In this document: one piece after another, positions 63,251 through 64,000 of the stretch | Position numbering within the stretch: the stretch's first letter is position 1 | Layout of the letters: each line of letters starts with the position of its first letter | Assembly (NCBI GenBank): GCA_977030845.1 | Contig: OZ365114.1 | Span: 23,002,001-23,066,000 of the forward strand | Direction of reading: 5' to 3' | From: Fimbriosthenelais zetlandica | Lineage: Eukaryota | Length of the DNA: 64,000 bases | The notes under the pieces: generated by a model | The model's input: only the letters and a program-made list of their open reading frames with translations | Told to the model about the DNA's origin: nothing | The model's database searches: none | Made by a program: the position numbers and the translations under genes

Positions 63251-64000
63251 TCCCTCCAGTTATATTGTTCAAAATGGTCTTCCATATACTGTACTTAATT
63301 GCTCATGTAAATGAAAAACTAACCTTGTGCCAAATATCAAATACTCATTTCATATAAATATAAATTTATGTCTATGAAGGCTGAGGGGTCCAAAGCTATA
63401 CTTCTTCCATAGAAATATTATGTGATATAATTTTTTTTATATAATGTAAAAGTAATGTTTTTAACACATTCTTTTGTGTAAACTCACTCATATGATTGTC
63501 ATGAGTGCTTAACATCAACCAATGTTAAAGGAAGTATTATGTAGATATTTTTATTTATTAATGAGGTAGAATAATGCCTACACATTATTAAAGTTGTTGC
63601 GATGTATAGAGATAAGTTAGTTGATTTTATATGTTGCTCAATTTGTAGAGGAATTGAGACACCAATCTGTGATAAAAACTTGTATCGCGTGTGTTTTACT
63701 CGTTACTAATTCTTCGGTATTAATTCTACATTGTGATATTAGTATTTTACATTATATTTTACATATAATACTATACTTGTATTGAACCCTGAATTCCTAT
63801 CATAGTAATGATTATTTAAACAATAAATATTTAAGATTTAAACTTGTTTTTACAATTATTTATCAAGTCGGGTGATGGGATGGGAATGGGGGTGGGAGTA
63901 ATGACTTATATTATTAAAGAATTGAACGAAGATGCCTTAATTAGATTCTTAATGCTATACATGCCAAAGAAATCGTACTCATCTAGTGCCTGGGTTACTA

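Noticed and set aside
1-64000. CRISPR arrays, rRNA, intact tRNA, known miRNAs, transposase or reverse-transcriptase ORFs
   Set aside because: None recognised by eye. No regularly spaced repeat-spacer structure and no RT/DDE motifs in the ORF track; degraded elements could be missed without RepeatMasker/Infernal.

Overview
Eukaryotic, intron-rich, AT-rich DNA. It is most likely from a marine invertebrate deuterostome such as a non-echinoid echinoderm, which is an inference from protein style and motif composition. Four spliced protein-coding genes were rebuilt by hand from splice signals and reading-frame phase. (1) Wnt11 on the minus strand: signal-peptide exon 48113-48210, then a ~32 kb intron, then exons 15892-16130, 9627-9904 and ~1154-1309; the C-terminus runs off the left edge. 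(2) An 8-exon, ~277-aa secreted Cys-rich (EGF/EB-like) protein with a probable GPI-anchor signal, minus strand 53211-55968. (3) An 11-coding-exon, ~411-aa RI-type leucine-rich-repeat protein with poly-Lys tracts, minus strand 56884-59711. (4) A TMEM255/FAM70-family gene of ~318 aa, plus strand 61028-63250, with a GC-AG intron. Most short ORFs in the track are non-coding noise. The most interesting lead is a CpG-rich candidate alternative first exon in Wnt11 intron 1 (37842-37957). It splices in frame and would replace the signal peptide with an Src-family-like MGCxxC N-terminus. The Wnt11 introns also hold many candidate cis-regulatory modules, hairpins and small transposon-like relics. No CRISPR array, rRNA, intact tRNA or intact transposase was found. 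All database and expression checks remain to be done.
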